Part shown: positions 10,150 through 20,897 of the stretch, piece after piece | How the letters are laid out: each line of letters begins with the position of its first letter | Position numbering within the stretch: the stretch's first letter is position 1 | Assembly: GCA_963836075.1 (NCBI GenBank) | Contig: CAWIIB010000001.1 | Span: 2,016,001-2,080,000 of the forward strand | Length of the DNA stretch: 64,000 bases | From: an uncultured Acidobacteriota bacterium | Lineage (GTDB): Bacteria > Acidobacteriota > JAQAZP01 | Direction: 5' to 3' | Program-made: the position numbers and the translations under genes | Notes under the pieces: model-generated | Database searches by the model: none | What the model saw: the letters and a program-made list of their open reading frames with translations, nothing else | Told to the model about the DNA's origin: nothing

Positions 10150-11769
10150 ATGCATTCAGGCATCCCGCGCGGTTCGTCGTCCCTGTTCCTTATGGGCCTC
10201 CTGTTCCTGTCCGGCTGCGGCGGACCGCTGAGCGAAACGCCGCCGGCGGAACAGGCAGAACTCCAGCTGGAGCAACTGGACATCGAAGCGCTGCAATCGC
10301 TGATGGACGAGGGGCAGCTCACCGCCGAGGAGCTGACCCGCCACTGTCTGGACCGTATCGCCGAGCTGGATGATTCCGGACCGCGGCTCAATGCCATCAT
10401 CGAGATCAATCCCGCGGCGCTGGAGATCGCCGCAGCCCTGGACGGGGAGCGCCGGCAGATCGGGCCCCGCGGGCCGCTGCACGGCATACCGGTGGTGCTC
10501 AAGGCGAACATCGACACCGGCGACCGGATGACCACCACTGCCGGCTCCCTGGCCCTGGCCGGCCACCAGGCCGGGCAGGATGCCTTTCTGGTGGCCCGGC
10601 TGCGCGAGGCCGGCGCCGTGATCCTGGCCAAGGCCAATCTCAGCGAGTGGGCCAACTTCCGCTCCGAGCACTCCACCAGCGGCTGGAGCAGCCAGGGCGG
10701 CCAGACCCGCAACCCCCACGTGCTCGACCGCTCGCCCTGCGGATCGTCCAGCGGTTCGGCGGTGGCGGTGGCTGCCGGCCTGGCGCCGCTGGCCGTGGGC
10801 ACCGAAACCGACGGCTCCGTAGTCTGCCCCGCGGGCACCAGCGGCATCGTGGGGATCAAGCCCACCCTGGGCCTGGTCAGCCGCGACGGCATCGTCCCCA
10901 TCGCCCACAGCCAGGACACCGCCGGCCCCATGGCCCGCTCGGTGCAGGACGCGGCACTGCTGCTGGCGGCCATGGCGGTAAAGGACCCGGATGACCCGGC
11001 CGCCGGGGATATCCCCGACCCGCTGCCCGACTACAGTACCGTCATCGATACCGGCGATATCCGCGGCCTGCGGGTGGGCGTGATGCGCGACTACTACGGC
11101 GCCGGCAACAACAGCGCCGTGGAAAAAATCTTCGCGGCGGCCATCGCGACCTTCAAGGAGCTGGGGGCCGAAGTGGTGGACCCGGCAGACCTCGGCGACC
11201 GGGAAGGGCTGGACACCGCCGAATACACGGTGCTGCTCTACGAGTTCCAGGCCGACCTGGCCGGCTACCTCGCCGCCCACGGCTCGCCCAACGGCATGGG
11301 CACCCTGCAGGACCTGATCGCGTTCAACAACGAGAACAGCGGGAAGGTCATGCCCTGGTTCGGCCAGGAGATCTTCGTCAAGGCCGCGGAGAAAGGACCG
11401 CTCACCGACGGGGAGTATCTCGACGCCCTGGGCAAGAGCAAGCGGCTGGCCAGGGAGGCCATCGACCGGGCGCTGGAAAAGGACGACCTCGACCTGATCA
11501 TCGCCCCCACCAACGGCCCGGCCTGGGTGGTGGACCTGGTGAACGGCGACAACTTCGGCACCTCGGTCTCCAGCTCCACTCTGCCGGCCGTGTCGGGGTA
11601 TCCCAATGTCACCCTGCCCATGGGAGCCGTTCGCGGCCTGCCCATCGGCCTCTCGCTCTTCGGCACGGCGCACAGCGAGCCGGTGCTGCTCCGCGCGGCT
11701 TTCGCTTTCGAGCAGGCGGCCCAGCCCGGGAGAGTTCCCAAGTTCGTCCCGACGATTCCTGTGGTGTAA
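10150..11769 (+). CDS. Amidase-signature family amidase, predicted lipoprotein
   Basis: GPLHGIPVVLK, GSSSGS, GTETDGSVVCP; lipobox LSGC; GGAGG RBS. Confidence 0.92.
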   Translation: MHSGIPRGSSSLFLMGLLFLSGCGGPLSETPPAEQAELQLEQLDIEALQSLMDEGQLTAEELTRHCLDRIAELDDSGPRLNAIIEINPAALEIAAALDGERRQIGPRGPLHGIPVVLKANIDTGDRMTTTAGSLALAGHQAGQDAFLVARLREAGAVILAKANLSEWANFRSEHSTSGWSSQGGQTRNPHVLDRSPCGSSSGSAVAVAAGLAPLAVGTETDGSVVCPAGTSGIVGIKPTLGLVSRDGIVPIAHSQDTAGPMARSVQDAALLLAAMAVKDPDDPAAGDIPDPLPDYSTVIDTGDIRGLRVGVMRDYYGAGNNSAVEKIFAAAIATFKELGAEVVDPADLGDREGLDTAEYTVLLYEFQADLAGYLAAHGSPNGMGTLQDLIAFNNENSGKVMPWFGQEIFVKAAEKGPLTDGEYLDALGKSKRLAREAIDRALEKDDLDLIIAPTNGPAWVVDLVNGDNFGTSVSSSTLPAVSGYPNVTLPMGAVRGLPIGLSLFGTAHSEPVLLRAAFAFEQAAQPGRVPKFVPTIPVV

Positions 11770-11807
11770 ACCTGGAGCGCCAGCAGGTCAGAAGCTCAGT
11801 CGAGGCT

Positions 11808-14800
11808 CTACTCACCGTAGACGCTGATGGGGAAACCGTCCTGCACCAGGGGGGTGCCCCAGATGGAGGGGGCCAGACGGATCACCAGGCGGTGGCGGTC
11901 CCAGCCGTGGGTCATGGGGATGAACCAGTCCACCGACCCGCGGACCGTCTCCCCCGGGGCGAGGGTCAGCGGCCATGGCTCCACCACCCAGCTCACCGGC
12001 CCGCCCTGGTACGGCTCCTGGAGCAGCACCACCATCGCCCAGCCGCTGACGCTGCCGCTGCCGTGGTTGGCCAGTACCCAGTCGGAGGTGATCGAGTCCA
12101 CCCCCCGGGCCAGGACCATCTTGCAGGTGGGCTCGAGATTGGCCGCCAGCCCCGCCACCGGCTGAACCATCACGTCATCCACGAACCAGCCGCGGTTGTC
12201 GTTGGGGAAATCGGCCTTGTAGTGGTCACTGCCAAAACGGAAGCGAACCCGGGCCACCCCCTGGCGCTGGTCAAGGTAGAAGGACTGGTAGCGGTTGTCG
12301 ATGAGGCCGGAGAAACAGCGGGTGTCGGTGGGAAAGGCCACCGGAACCCAGAAGGGGAACATGGTCATCTCGAAGCCGCCCTGGGGATGGAGCTCTTCCC
12401 ACCCGCCATCGTCCACGTTGATCTCCACGATGCCGCCGTCAAGAGCGGTGTACTCATAGGTCTCCATGAACTCGGCGTCCATGGCCTGCCAGAAGGTGAG
12501 CATGGAGCCGGCCTGGAGGCCGAAGGGCGGAGAGGTCAGGGCCGCGTCCATCCGGTCGCTGTAAGCTTCCCAGACGGCTGGCGGCCCGCACTTCCAGGCC
12601 TGGCCGGTCCCGCCGGCGGCGTACTGCGAACTGAGGTTCCAGTCGTCAGCGGTCCACTTCACCGGACCGTGGGTCCAGCCCGGTCCCCCGTCCTCCATGT
12701 CCTCGGCCAGCCCCAGACCCACCACGTCAAGAACCAGGGCGCCCCGGGCTCGGAAGGCCCAGTCGGCCTCGAAGCCCAGGTCCAGCTGGGGATGATAGGG
12801 CGAGGGAGCCCCGGCGGAGACCTGGACCAGCACCGGCGACCCGGCCGCGGCGCTCTCCCCCGGAGCCAGATCGCCGAACGTCGTGGTGGACTGCAGAACC
12901 TCCACCAGCGGGTCCTGGCTCACCACCCGCGCCAGCAGCCCCCCCACGGCCCGCGAACCGTGGTTGGCGACGATGAGGGTGAGCTCCGCCGTCTCACCCG
13001 GCTCGAGGATCCCGTTGCCCGCTTCGGTTGTGGCCCCGCCGATATCCGCCAGCTGGAAGTCCTGGCAGATGATCAGCGGCGCCGAGAGCGGCAGCAGGAA
13101 GGACGAAACCCACTCCCGCCCCAGGCCGTCGGTGACGGTCAGGGTAAGGGGAGCGGCAAAACCGTCGGGAGCGCCACCGTGAATGGTGGCCACGAATGGT
13201 GACTGCGGCGTGGCGGTCTGCCCCGGATCCAGCCGGCCATAGTCGGCCTGGCCCGAGGTAACCGTGACCCTGGGGTCATCGCTGGACAGGACGGCAGCCA
13301 CCCCGTCCGCCGGCTGCAGCCCGAAATTCCTGAGCTGGACCGGGAGCTCCACCGTCTCACCGCTGCCGGCCACGCCGTCCCCGTCGCCGTTGCTCGCCCC
13401 GGAGGTATCGTCATCCACCTGGTGGTCGAGATAGCCGACCCAGGCAGCCAGGGAGCGGGGTGTGATCGAGCCCTGGAACGGCAGGCAATCGTGGCCGGTG
13501 ACGCTGACCTGCAGCGGATCCACCGAGGAGAGGCTCACCGGCAGCCAGACCCGGCCGTCGTCGTTGGTGTCGCCCCGGGCATAGGCCCCGCCGTCCCTCT
13601 CCTGGAAGAGGCAGACCCGCGCCCCGGACACCGGAAGGCCGTCGCGCAGGACGCGGAGCGGCACGGTGATGCCGCCCATCCCCACTTCGGCCGGGTGCAG
13701 CACCTGGAGCGGGCGCGGTGTGGCGGTCCAGACCTTCATCTCCGGGTCGCCCAGAAGATTCAGCGTGTAGTAACAGTAGCGGAAGAAGCTGCTGCCCACC
13801 GACCAGATGTTGTCGATCTTGCTGTCGTCCGCGGCCTCGCCGAGGCTGGCGATTCCCTCGCCAAAGAGGGCGTCGAAGAACTCGCGGTCAAAATACTGCG
13901 AGGGGCCGTTGGTGTCGATGTAACTGCCCCAGCCGTTGCGGCTGTTCATCACGCAGGCCACCGCGCCGGTGGCGATGGTGGTCAACTCTTCGCCCACCGC
14001 GTCCTCTTCGAGGTAGTGGAACTCCCAGTCCCGGTCGTCGAAGGCCCCGCTGTAGCAGCCCTGGGAGTAAATGATGCTCAGCCCGTTCTCCACTCCGTCG
14101 TTCTGCAGGTTCTCCTCGTTGATCATGAAGTCGGTGAGCTTCATCACCACGAAGTTGTCGGCGTGGCCGGCGTGGTTGATCAGGTTGGGTCCGCGATTGA
14201 GCAACGGCAACAGATTGGCTTCCGCGTCCCAGACCCCCTCAACGTCGTAGAGCGTACCCACCAGAAACTCCGGCGGGAACCCGGCGGTGCTGACGCCCCA
14301 GTTGTCCGAGCCGAGGCGGATCTCCTCCTTGTAGGCCTTGGCCTTCACATCCCACCAGGTCTCCTCGCCGAGCATCAGCCCGGTCTCGCAGTCGGCGAGC
14401 ACCGGCGACTCCAGGTAGCGAACGACCTTGGTGATGAAGTTCCGTGCCTCGGCCACGCTGTCCACCGACGCACGGCCCACGTGGACCTCGGGCAGGAAGT
14501 CGGCCTCGGCCAGCTCGCCCCAGTAGACGTCGTTGTCGTCGTTCCAGGTGCCGTCCAGGGCGCCATAGTAGAGGTCGGCCGGACAGTCGAGATCGATGTA
14601 GAAGATCTCGTCGGCCATGAACCCGCGGTGCGGCACCACCTCGTCGTCACCGCCCAGCAGCACGTAGCGGGTGCCCCACTCCTCGTAAGCCATGGTGATG
14701 AAGTCGCGAATCTTCTGCTGGTCCGGGCCCTCGGTGAACTGGGCGTAAATCTGGGGCAGGGTGACCATCCGGCAGCGGACGCCGCGGCGGGTCTTCCAGG

Positions 14801-15539
14801 TGGCGAACTCCTGAAACGGTTCGGCCAGCGCCTGGCTGGTGATGACGACCTGGTCCCAGCCCCGGGAGGAGCGGTGGCTGCTGTCGCCGAGGTCGAGATA
14901 GGCTTCCACCGCCCCGGGGTTGGCCGCCATCCCGCGGACGCGATTCACCGTCTCGTCATCCAGGGAGAGGAATCGAGGCCGTGATGCGGGATCAACGGCC
15001 CGGCGGGTGGTGAGCACCACCCTGAGTTTCGAGTGGTGGAAGAGCCGGCCGCTGGACGGGCGGTAGCGCACCGGGTGGAGCAGCACGGTGACCAGGCCGA
15101 AGCCCCGGTAGCGGGATGCCACTGTCTGGCCGTGCAGCGATGCCGGAAAGAGGGCGTCACTGGTGTAAATCCGGGGATCGGGCAGGGTATCCTCGACCTC
15201 CGGCGCGGACAGCTTGTGCGGCCGCCGGGCGTGGGCCACCGTCCAGGCACCTTCAAGGGGCGTGGCTTCGGCCGCCTCCACCCGGAATTCCAGCAGTTCT
15301 TCACCGGGCGGCAGGAGCAGGGTCAGCGGCAGCACCGGCAGCAGCGGCGCCCCGGGTTCGGCCAGCAGACGCAGGCCGTCCGCCTCCACCCGAACCGTTC
15401 CGTCTCCGACCTCCGCCAGCCTGGGCGGAGCCGGCTGAAGGTCCACTTCCAGGGTGACCGCCCCGACCGGCAAAGCGGCGAGCAGAAGGATCACCGGAAG
15501 GAACAGGCGGGCCGCAGATTGCACAGGATCGGATCGCAT
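11808..15539 (-). CDS. Secreted C25 (gingipain-like) cysteine protease: propeptide, catalytic domain, several Ig-like domains, jelly-roll domain, C-terminal Ig-like domain
   Basis: Signal peptide; PGAPLLP propeptide; YVLLGGD, DLYY, VGR, NHAGH (His), YSQGC (Cys), LNLLGDP; two DG/NG...GETxEL...N Ig units; GWFVDDV. Confidence 0.9.
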   Translation of the reverse strand: MRSDPVQSAARLFLPVILLLAALPVGAVTLEVDLQPAPPRLAEVGDGTVRVEADGLRLLAEPGAPLLPVLPLTLLLPPGEELLEFRVEAAEATPLEGAWTVAHARRPHKLSAPEVEDTLPDPRIYTSDALFPASLHGQTVASRYRGFGLVTVLLHPVRYRPSSGRLFHHSKLRVVLTTRRAVDPASRPRFLSLDDETVNRVRGMAANPGAVEAYLDLGDSSHRSSRGWDQVVITSQALAEPFQEFATWKTRRGVRCRMVTLPQIYAQFTEGPDQQKIRDFITMAYEEWGTRYVLLGGDDEVVPHRGFMADEIFYIDLDCPADLYYGALDGTWNDDNDVYWGELAEADFLPEVHVGRASVDSVAEARNFITKVVRYLESPVLADCETGLMLGEETWWDVKAKAYKEEIRLGSDNWGVSTAGFPPEFLVGTLYDVEGVWDAEANLLPLLNRGPNLINHAGHADNFVVMKLTDFMINEENLQNDGVENGLSIIYSQGCYSGAFDDRDWEFHYLEEDAVGEELTTIATGAVACVMNSRNGWGSYIDTNGPSQYFDREFFDALFGEGIASLGEAADDSKIDNIWSVGSSFFRYCYYTLNLLGDPEMKVWTATPRPLQVLHPAEVGMGGITVPLRVLRDGLPVSGARVCLFQERDGGAYARGDTNDDGRVWLPVSLSSVDPLQVSVTGHDCLPFQGSITPRSLAAWVGYLDHQVDDDTSGASNGDGDGVAGSGETVELPVQLRNFGLQPADGVAAVLSSDDPRVTVTSGQADYGRLDPGQTATPQSPFVATIHGGAPDGFAAPLTLTVTDGLGREWVSSFLLPLSAPLIICQDFQLADIGGATTEAGNGILEPGETAELTLIVANHGSRAVGGLLARVVSQDPLVEVLQSTTTFGDLAPGESAAAGSPVLVQVSAGAPSPYHPQLDLGFEADWAFRARGALVLDVVGLGLAEDMEDGGPGWTHGPVKWTADDWNLSSQYAAGGTGQAWKCGPPAVWEAYSDRMDAALTSPPFGLQAGSMLTFWQAMDAEFMETYEYTALDGGIVEINVDDGGWEELHPQGGFEMTMFPFWVPVAFPTDTRCFSGLIDNRYQSFYLDQRQGVARVRFRFGSDHYKADFPNDNRGWFVDDVMVQPVAGLAANLEPTCKMVLARGVDSITSDWVLANHGSGSVSGWAMVVLLQEPYQGGPVSWVVEPWPLTLAPGETVRGSVDWFIPMTHGWDRHRLVIRLAPSIWGTPLVQDGFPISVYGE

Positions 15540-15545
15540 ACAACA

Positions 15546-15574
15546 AATGTAGAGCGTGGGGACGAAAATAACAA
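15546..15574 (-). promoter_or_regulatory. Sigma70-type promoter, probably giving a leaderless mRNA for the C25 protease
   Basis: TTGTTA-17 nt-TACATT, then 6 nt to ATG 15539; no SD sequence. Confidence 0.55.
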
Positions 15575-15596
15575 GCAGTTTTCCGAAAAGCCGTCC

Positions 15597-15625
15597 TTGC
15601 CAGATCTCCGGGGCGAACGTATGAT
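15597..15625 (+). promoter_or_regulatory. Sigma70-type promoter for the beta-helix gene
   Basis: TTGCCA-17 nt-TATGAT. Confidence 0.6.
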
Positions 15626-15687
15626 GAAATCAGGCAACAAACGTCCCCGGCGGCCGCACCGGCCCGCTGAGTTCAGACAGGCGATTG

Positions 15688-17806
15688 ATGTATCGTTCAG
15701 TAATCCTCCTCATCGCGGCGCTGCTGGCGCCGGCGGCCCTCCCGGCGGCCACCATCGTGGTGGACGGATCCGGGGGCGGCGACGTTCTGACCATCCAGGC
15801 CGGGATTGACGGTGCCGCGGACGGCGACCAGGTTCTGGTGCGTCCCGGCGTCTACAGCGGCCCGGGGAACATCGGTCTCGACTACAGCGGCAAGGCCATC
15901 ACCGTGGAGTCGCAGACCGGTGCGGCCGCCACGGTGATCGACTGCGACGGCGAGGACCGGGCGGTCCACTTTCACTCCGGCGAGGGACGTGATTCGGTCT
16001 TCCGCGGGTTCACCGTCACCGGCGGCTCGGCCATGTTCGGGGGGGCGATCTTCTGTCAGAACGCCTCACCCACGGTGGCCGACTGTCAACTGACCGGCTG
16101 TTACGCGCTCAACGCCGGCGGGGCGGTCTGCTGCACCCGCTCGTCGGGAGTGTTCGAGCGGCTGACCATCAGCGACTGCAGCACCAGCCCCTTTGGTGAC
16201 GGCGGAGGAATGGCCCTCGACGATTCGGACCCGGAGCTGATCGAGGTGGTGATCCAGGGCAGCACCGCCTTTCACGGTGGCGGAGGGCTCTACTGCTCGG
16301 CCTCCTCCCCGGCGGTCCAGGCCTGCATGATCACCGGCAACACGGCGCACAACAATGGCGGCGGCATCCACCTCACCGACGGATCCTCGCCAACGATCCA
16401 GGACTGCACCATCTCCGACAACCGTTCCGACGATGACGGCGGCGGCATCTACTGCCACAACGAATCCTCCCCCAGGGTTCTTGACTGCCGGATCGGCGAG
16501 AACCCGGCCGGCCGCTATGGCGGCGGCATCTACTGTGACCAGGGCTCGGCCCCGCTGATCCGCGGCAACACGATCACCGGCAACACGGCCTATGGCGGCG
16601 GCGGCGTCTATTGCTACACCCTTTCCGCGCCCCGGGTGGTGAACAACCTGATCCGCGGCAACGAGACCGAACAGGGCGGCGGGGGGATCGCCTGCTTCCG
16701 CGCCGACCGGGCGCTGATCACCGGAAACCGGGTCGAGGAGAACGTCGCTTCCGATGCCGGCGGGATCGGCATCGACTTCTGTTCGCCAACGGTGACCGAC
16801 AACCTGATCCGGGGCAACATGGCGGAGTGGAGCGCGGCCGGGCTGCTGATCATGCGCGAGTCGGCGGCCGTGGTGATCAACAACCTGATCGTAGAGAATC
16901 AGGCCGGCTACAGCGGCGCCGGCCTCTACGTCACCCGTCAATCCACCCCCACGCTGGTCAATCTCACCGTGGCCAACAACGTGGCGGAGGAGGAGGGTGG
17001 CGGTTGCTACTTCTCGCAGGGTGCCGGCATCCCCGTGCCCATGGAGAACTGCATCATCTACGGCAACCGCGCAATGGAAGGCGGGGACCAGGTCTACGTG
17101 TCGGGTACTGGCTGGGCCCTGTTCAGCCACACCGACCTGCAGGGCGGCCAGCCTGGAATCGGCGGGAACGGCAACGTTACCTGGGGCGCCGGGAACATCG
17201 ACGACGACCCGCGGTGGGCGGCCCTCAGCGGTGAATACTACCTCTCCCAACTGGCCACCGGCCACCCGGCGGACAGTCCTTGCACCGACAGCGGTTCAGG
17301 CCCGGCCGACGAGGTCTGTTTCATCGGATACGGCGGCCCGGACTGCCTCGATGCCCGGACTTCACGCGTGGACGGAATCGCCGACAGCGGCACCGCTGAC
17401 ATGGGCTTTCACTACAAATCCCGGATCAGAACCATCGACTGCTCTCTCAGCTGCAGTCCGCAGACGGCCACGGCGCCATTTTCATGGCAGATTGCCGTGG
17501 GGCTGAAAAACCTCAGGCCACGCCCGCGGCGGGCTGCCGGCCGGGCCGACCTGCATTTCCCCGACGGCAGTTCATGGAGCGACTGGCGCAGCGGCTACTA
17601 CAACCTGTCGGGAAACAGCAGCCAGTACATCAGCTGGAGCGTCAACGTACCCGGCCCTCCGTTCGGTCCTCGGCCAGCTGCGTCTGGACCTCACCGTGAT
17701 CGACGTCACTCCCCCACCCTGGAACCAGCCGCCCTACGCCCCCTCCGGCGACCTGGTGGAAGAAAGCTGCGCGTCAGAAGTGGCGATGCCGGGCGTATCC
17801 TTCTGA
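15688..17806 (+). CDS. Secreted right-handed parallel beta-helix (pectin lyase fold, GGGIYC repeats) protein with C-terminal module B; +1 frameshift near 17652
   Basis: Signal peptide; TIQAGID..GD.VLV.PG.Y; many GGGIYC/SP.I..N.I..N repeats; GNIDDDP. After removing one base at 17650-17654 it reads VNVPALRSVLGQLRLDLTVIDVTPPPWNQPPYAPSGD...GVSF* (TGA ends 17806). Confidence 0.85.
17425..17806 (+). repeat. C-terminal module B, copy 2 (most divergent)
   Basis: PQTATAPF..RRAAGR..DGS..WRSGYYN..SWSVNVP..DVTPPPWNQPPY. Confidence 0.8.
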
Positions 17807-17843
17807 AACATCAATTGAAGTGTAAGAATTAATGGCGGCTTCC

Positions 17844-17873
17844 TTGCCAATACCCACGGTTTTAGTGTATTTT
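17844..17873 (+). promoter_or_regulatory. Possible sigma70-type promoter for the second C25 gene
   Basis: TTGCCA-18 nt-TATTTT in an AT-richer intergenic stretch. Confidence 0.35.
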
Positions 17874-18002
17874 CGAGCTGTATAGCTTCTATTGCCGGTC
17901 TGAAACCCTGCCAGGGTTGCTTGCCTTGCCTGCCAAACCGGTTGCGGCTTGTCTGTCAAGGACGGACGAGGGCGCCGGCGCTGTCATCTGGAGGAATTAT
18001 CA

Positions 18003-20851
18003 ATGAGTAGAAGTGCGCGCTTGTGGTCCATCCGCCTCATCTGCGCGGCTGCCACGCTGTGCATCATGATGCCGGCAACCGCTGAAACCACCGGTTCCGT
18101 CACCTGCCGCATCGAGGCCGGTGAGTACCGCCTCACCGAGGCCGGCCAAGGCGTCGAGCTGAACCTCGAGGGGTTCGGAGTGGTGGGCACCCACGGTGGC
18201 CCCCGTCTCCCGGGCAGGATCTTTGCCATCGCCCTGCCGCCCGGGGCCGAGGTCAGCGGCGTGAGCTTCCGGGGCAAGGCCGAAGCCATTCCCGGCACCT
18301 TCCGCATCGCACCGGCCGAACCACACCGGCTGATCGGTGAAGAGAACCCGGAGTTCCGCAAGCAGCAGCTGGCTGAGTGGACGGCCACCCGGGACGGCAT
18401 CTACTCCAGTGACCAGGGCTGGCCGGCCAGCCCGGTGGAATTCATCCGCCGTGCCGGACTGCGCAAGTACAACCTGGCCGACGTCCGCGTGGCGCCCTTC
18501 CGCTACCACCCCCTCTCGGGACAGCTTTACCACTACCCGGTGCTGGAGGTGATGGTGAACTACACCCTCGGCGACGACAGCAGCCGGATGGCTATCTCGG
18601 ACAGCGTCCCGCAGATGGAGCGGACGGCGAGGGACGTGATTCTCAACTACGAGCAGGCCCAGGCCTGGTATCCCGAGACCACCGCACCCGGAACCATGAA
18701 GGACTTCGTGCTCATCACCACCGAGGCGCTCTCCCCCTACGTCACCGCGCTGGTCAGCCACGAAGCGTCCAAGGGACGGACCCCGGAAGTGGTGACCGTG
18801 GAGTGGATCTACGCCAACTACAGCGGTTACGACGACGCGGAAAAGGTCCGCAACTTCCTGCGCGACAAATACCCCTCCTCCCAGTGGGGCATCCGTGATG
18901 TGCTGCTGGTGGGCCACCACGACCAGGTGCCGATGCGCCTGGCCTGGCAGGAAGTCTAGCGGCTACGGCAATCCGCGCACCGACTTCTACTATGCCGAGC
19001 TGTCCGAGGCCGACGCCGACTCCTGGGATGCCGACGGCGACCACCGCTGGGGCGAGGACTACGGCGACACCGTGGACTTCTACAACGAGGTCAACGTGGG
19101 CCGCATCCCCTGGAGCGACCCGGCCACGGTCTCCAGCATCTGCGCCAAGTCGGTGGCCTTCGAGCTGAACAGCGACCCGGCGTTCAAGAAGAACATCCTG
19201 CTCATCGGGTCCTTCTTCTGGGAGGACACCGACACCGCCGTGCTGATGGAAGCCAAGTGCTGGACCAGCCCTGGATGGCCGACTGGACCTCGGTGCGGAT
19301 GTACGAGCAGAACAGCACCGTCTACTCCGACTATCCCCTGCGACTTCCCGATGAACCACGCCAACGTGATGGACAGCTGGTCCAACGGCACCTTCTGCTT
19401 CGTCAACTGGGCCGGCCACGGTTCGCCCTGGTCGAGCCACATCATGGGCCACGGCTCCCAGGCCTATATCGAGACCAGCGACTGCCCGCCAGCTCAACGA
19501 CGACTACCCGTCCATCGTCTGGGCCGACTCCTGCTCCAACAGCGACACCGACGAGGCGAATCTCGGCCGGGAGATGCTGAAGCAGCGGGGCGGTGGGCTT
19601 TGTGGGCGCCACCAAGGTGGCCCTGGGCGCCTGGGAGCTGGAGCGATCCCTACGACGGCTCGAGCCAGTCCTGCGACTACTGGTTCACCACCAAGGTCAC
19701 CTCGGGCGAGATGACCCAGGGCGAGGCGCACCAGTACTCCCTGCGCCAGAATTACACCAACGGGCTGTGGGACGTCACCGAGTACGAGATGCTTCGAGTG
19801 GACCCTCTGGGGCAACCCCGACCTGGGGTTGGGTGAAGTCACGGCAACGGCCGGCAACCTGGTCACCGGCGCCGGACCCGGCGAGAACAATCCCACCGAG
19901 GTGCGGGTCTTTGACAGCGCCGACGTGGCCGCCGGCCCCACCGCCGTTTTCAACGCCTACGGGGTGAACAAGTTCGGGACCAACGTGGCGCTGGGTGACA
20001 TCGACGGCGACGGGGTGGACGAGATCGTCACCGGCCCCGGCCCGGGAGCGGTGTTCGGCCCCCACGTGCGCGCTTTTGAGCTGAACGGCACACCGATCCA
20101 GGACGTGAGCTTCCAGGCCTACGGCACCCTGAAATACGGGGTGAACGTGGCCTGCGGCGACATCGACGGTGACGGCATCGACGAGATCGTCACCGGCGCC
20201 GGACCCGGCGCGGTGTTCGGGCCCCACGTCCGCGGCTGGAACTATGACGGCACCACGGTGACCGCGATGACCGGGGTGAGCTTCTTCGCCTACGGCACAC
20301 CCAAGTGGGGTGTCAACGTGGCCTGCGCCGACCTCGATGCCGACGGCACCGACGAGATCATCACCGGCGCCGGACCCGGTCCGATCTACGGGGCCCACGT
20401 CCGCAGCTGGAACGTGGGCGGGACCGCATCCCCGACCTCCGGGGCCAGTTTCTTCGCCTTCGGCACCCGGCTCTGGGGAGTCAACGTCGCCGGCGGGGAC
20501 ATCGACGGTGACGGCAAAGCCGAAATCATCGCCGGCGCCGGACCCGGTCCGGTGATGGGCACCCACATCAGGGCCTTCGGCGTCCAGGGAACCACGGCCA
20601 GCGCCATCCCCGGGGTCAGTTTCTTCGCCTACGGTGATGCGGGCTTCGGGGCACGGGTGGGCTGCGGCGACCTTGACGGTGACGGCATCTGTGAGATCAT
20701 CAGCGGTGAGGGTCCCGACCCGGACACCGGCAGCTGCATCCGCGGCTGGAACTACGACGGCGGCACCCTGGTCCATATACCGGGTATCGACTTCGACGCC
20801 TATGGCGCCGGTGTGACCCACGGAGCCAACGCGGCGGCGTCCAGGCCCTGA
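18003..20851 (+). pseudogene. Second C25 (gingipain-like) protease with C-terminal module A; about 7 frameshifts (pseudogene or, more likely, consensus errors)
   Basis: GGAGG RBS and signal peptide. A continuous C25 sequence can be stitched across frames: VLLVG, TDFYY, VGRIP, NWAGHG (His), WADSCSN (Cys), TLWGNP. Shifts near 18957, 19256, 19337, 19489, 19587, 19628, 19792. Confidence 0.8.
19859..20851 (+). repeat. C-terminal module A (six FG-GAP-like repeats), copy 1
   Basis: LVTGAGPGENNPTEVR...six TG.GP units...HGANAA. Confidence 0.9.
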
Positions 20852-20897
20852 TCCGGCTAACGGCACGCTGGACCGCGGCCCGCTGCAACCGAGGACG

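Noticed and set aside
19829-20851. Stand-alone module-A gene
   Set aside because: No signal peptide or convincing RBS; the frame continues upstream into the C25 TLWGNP motif.
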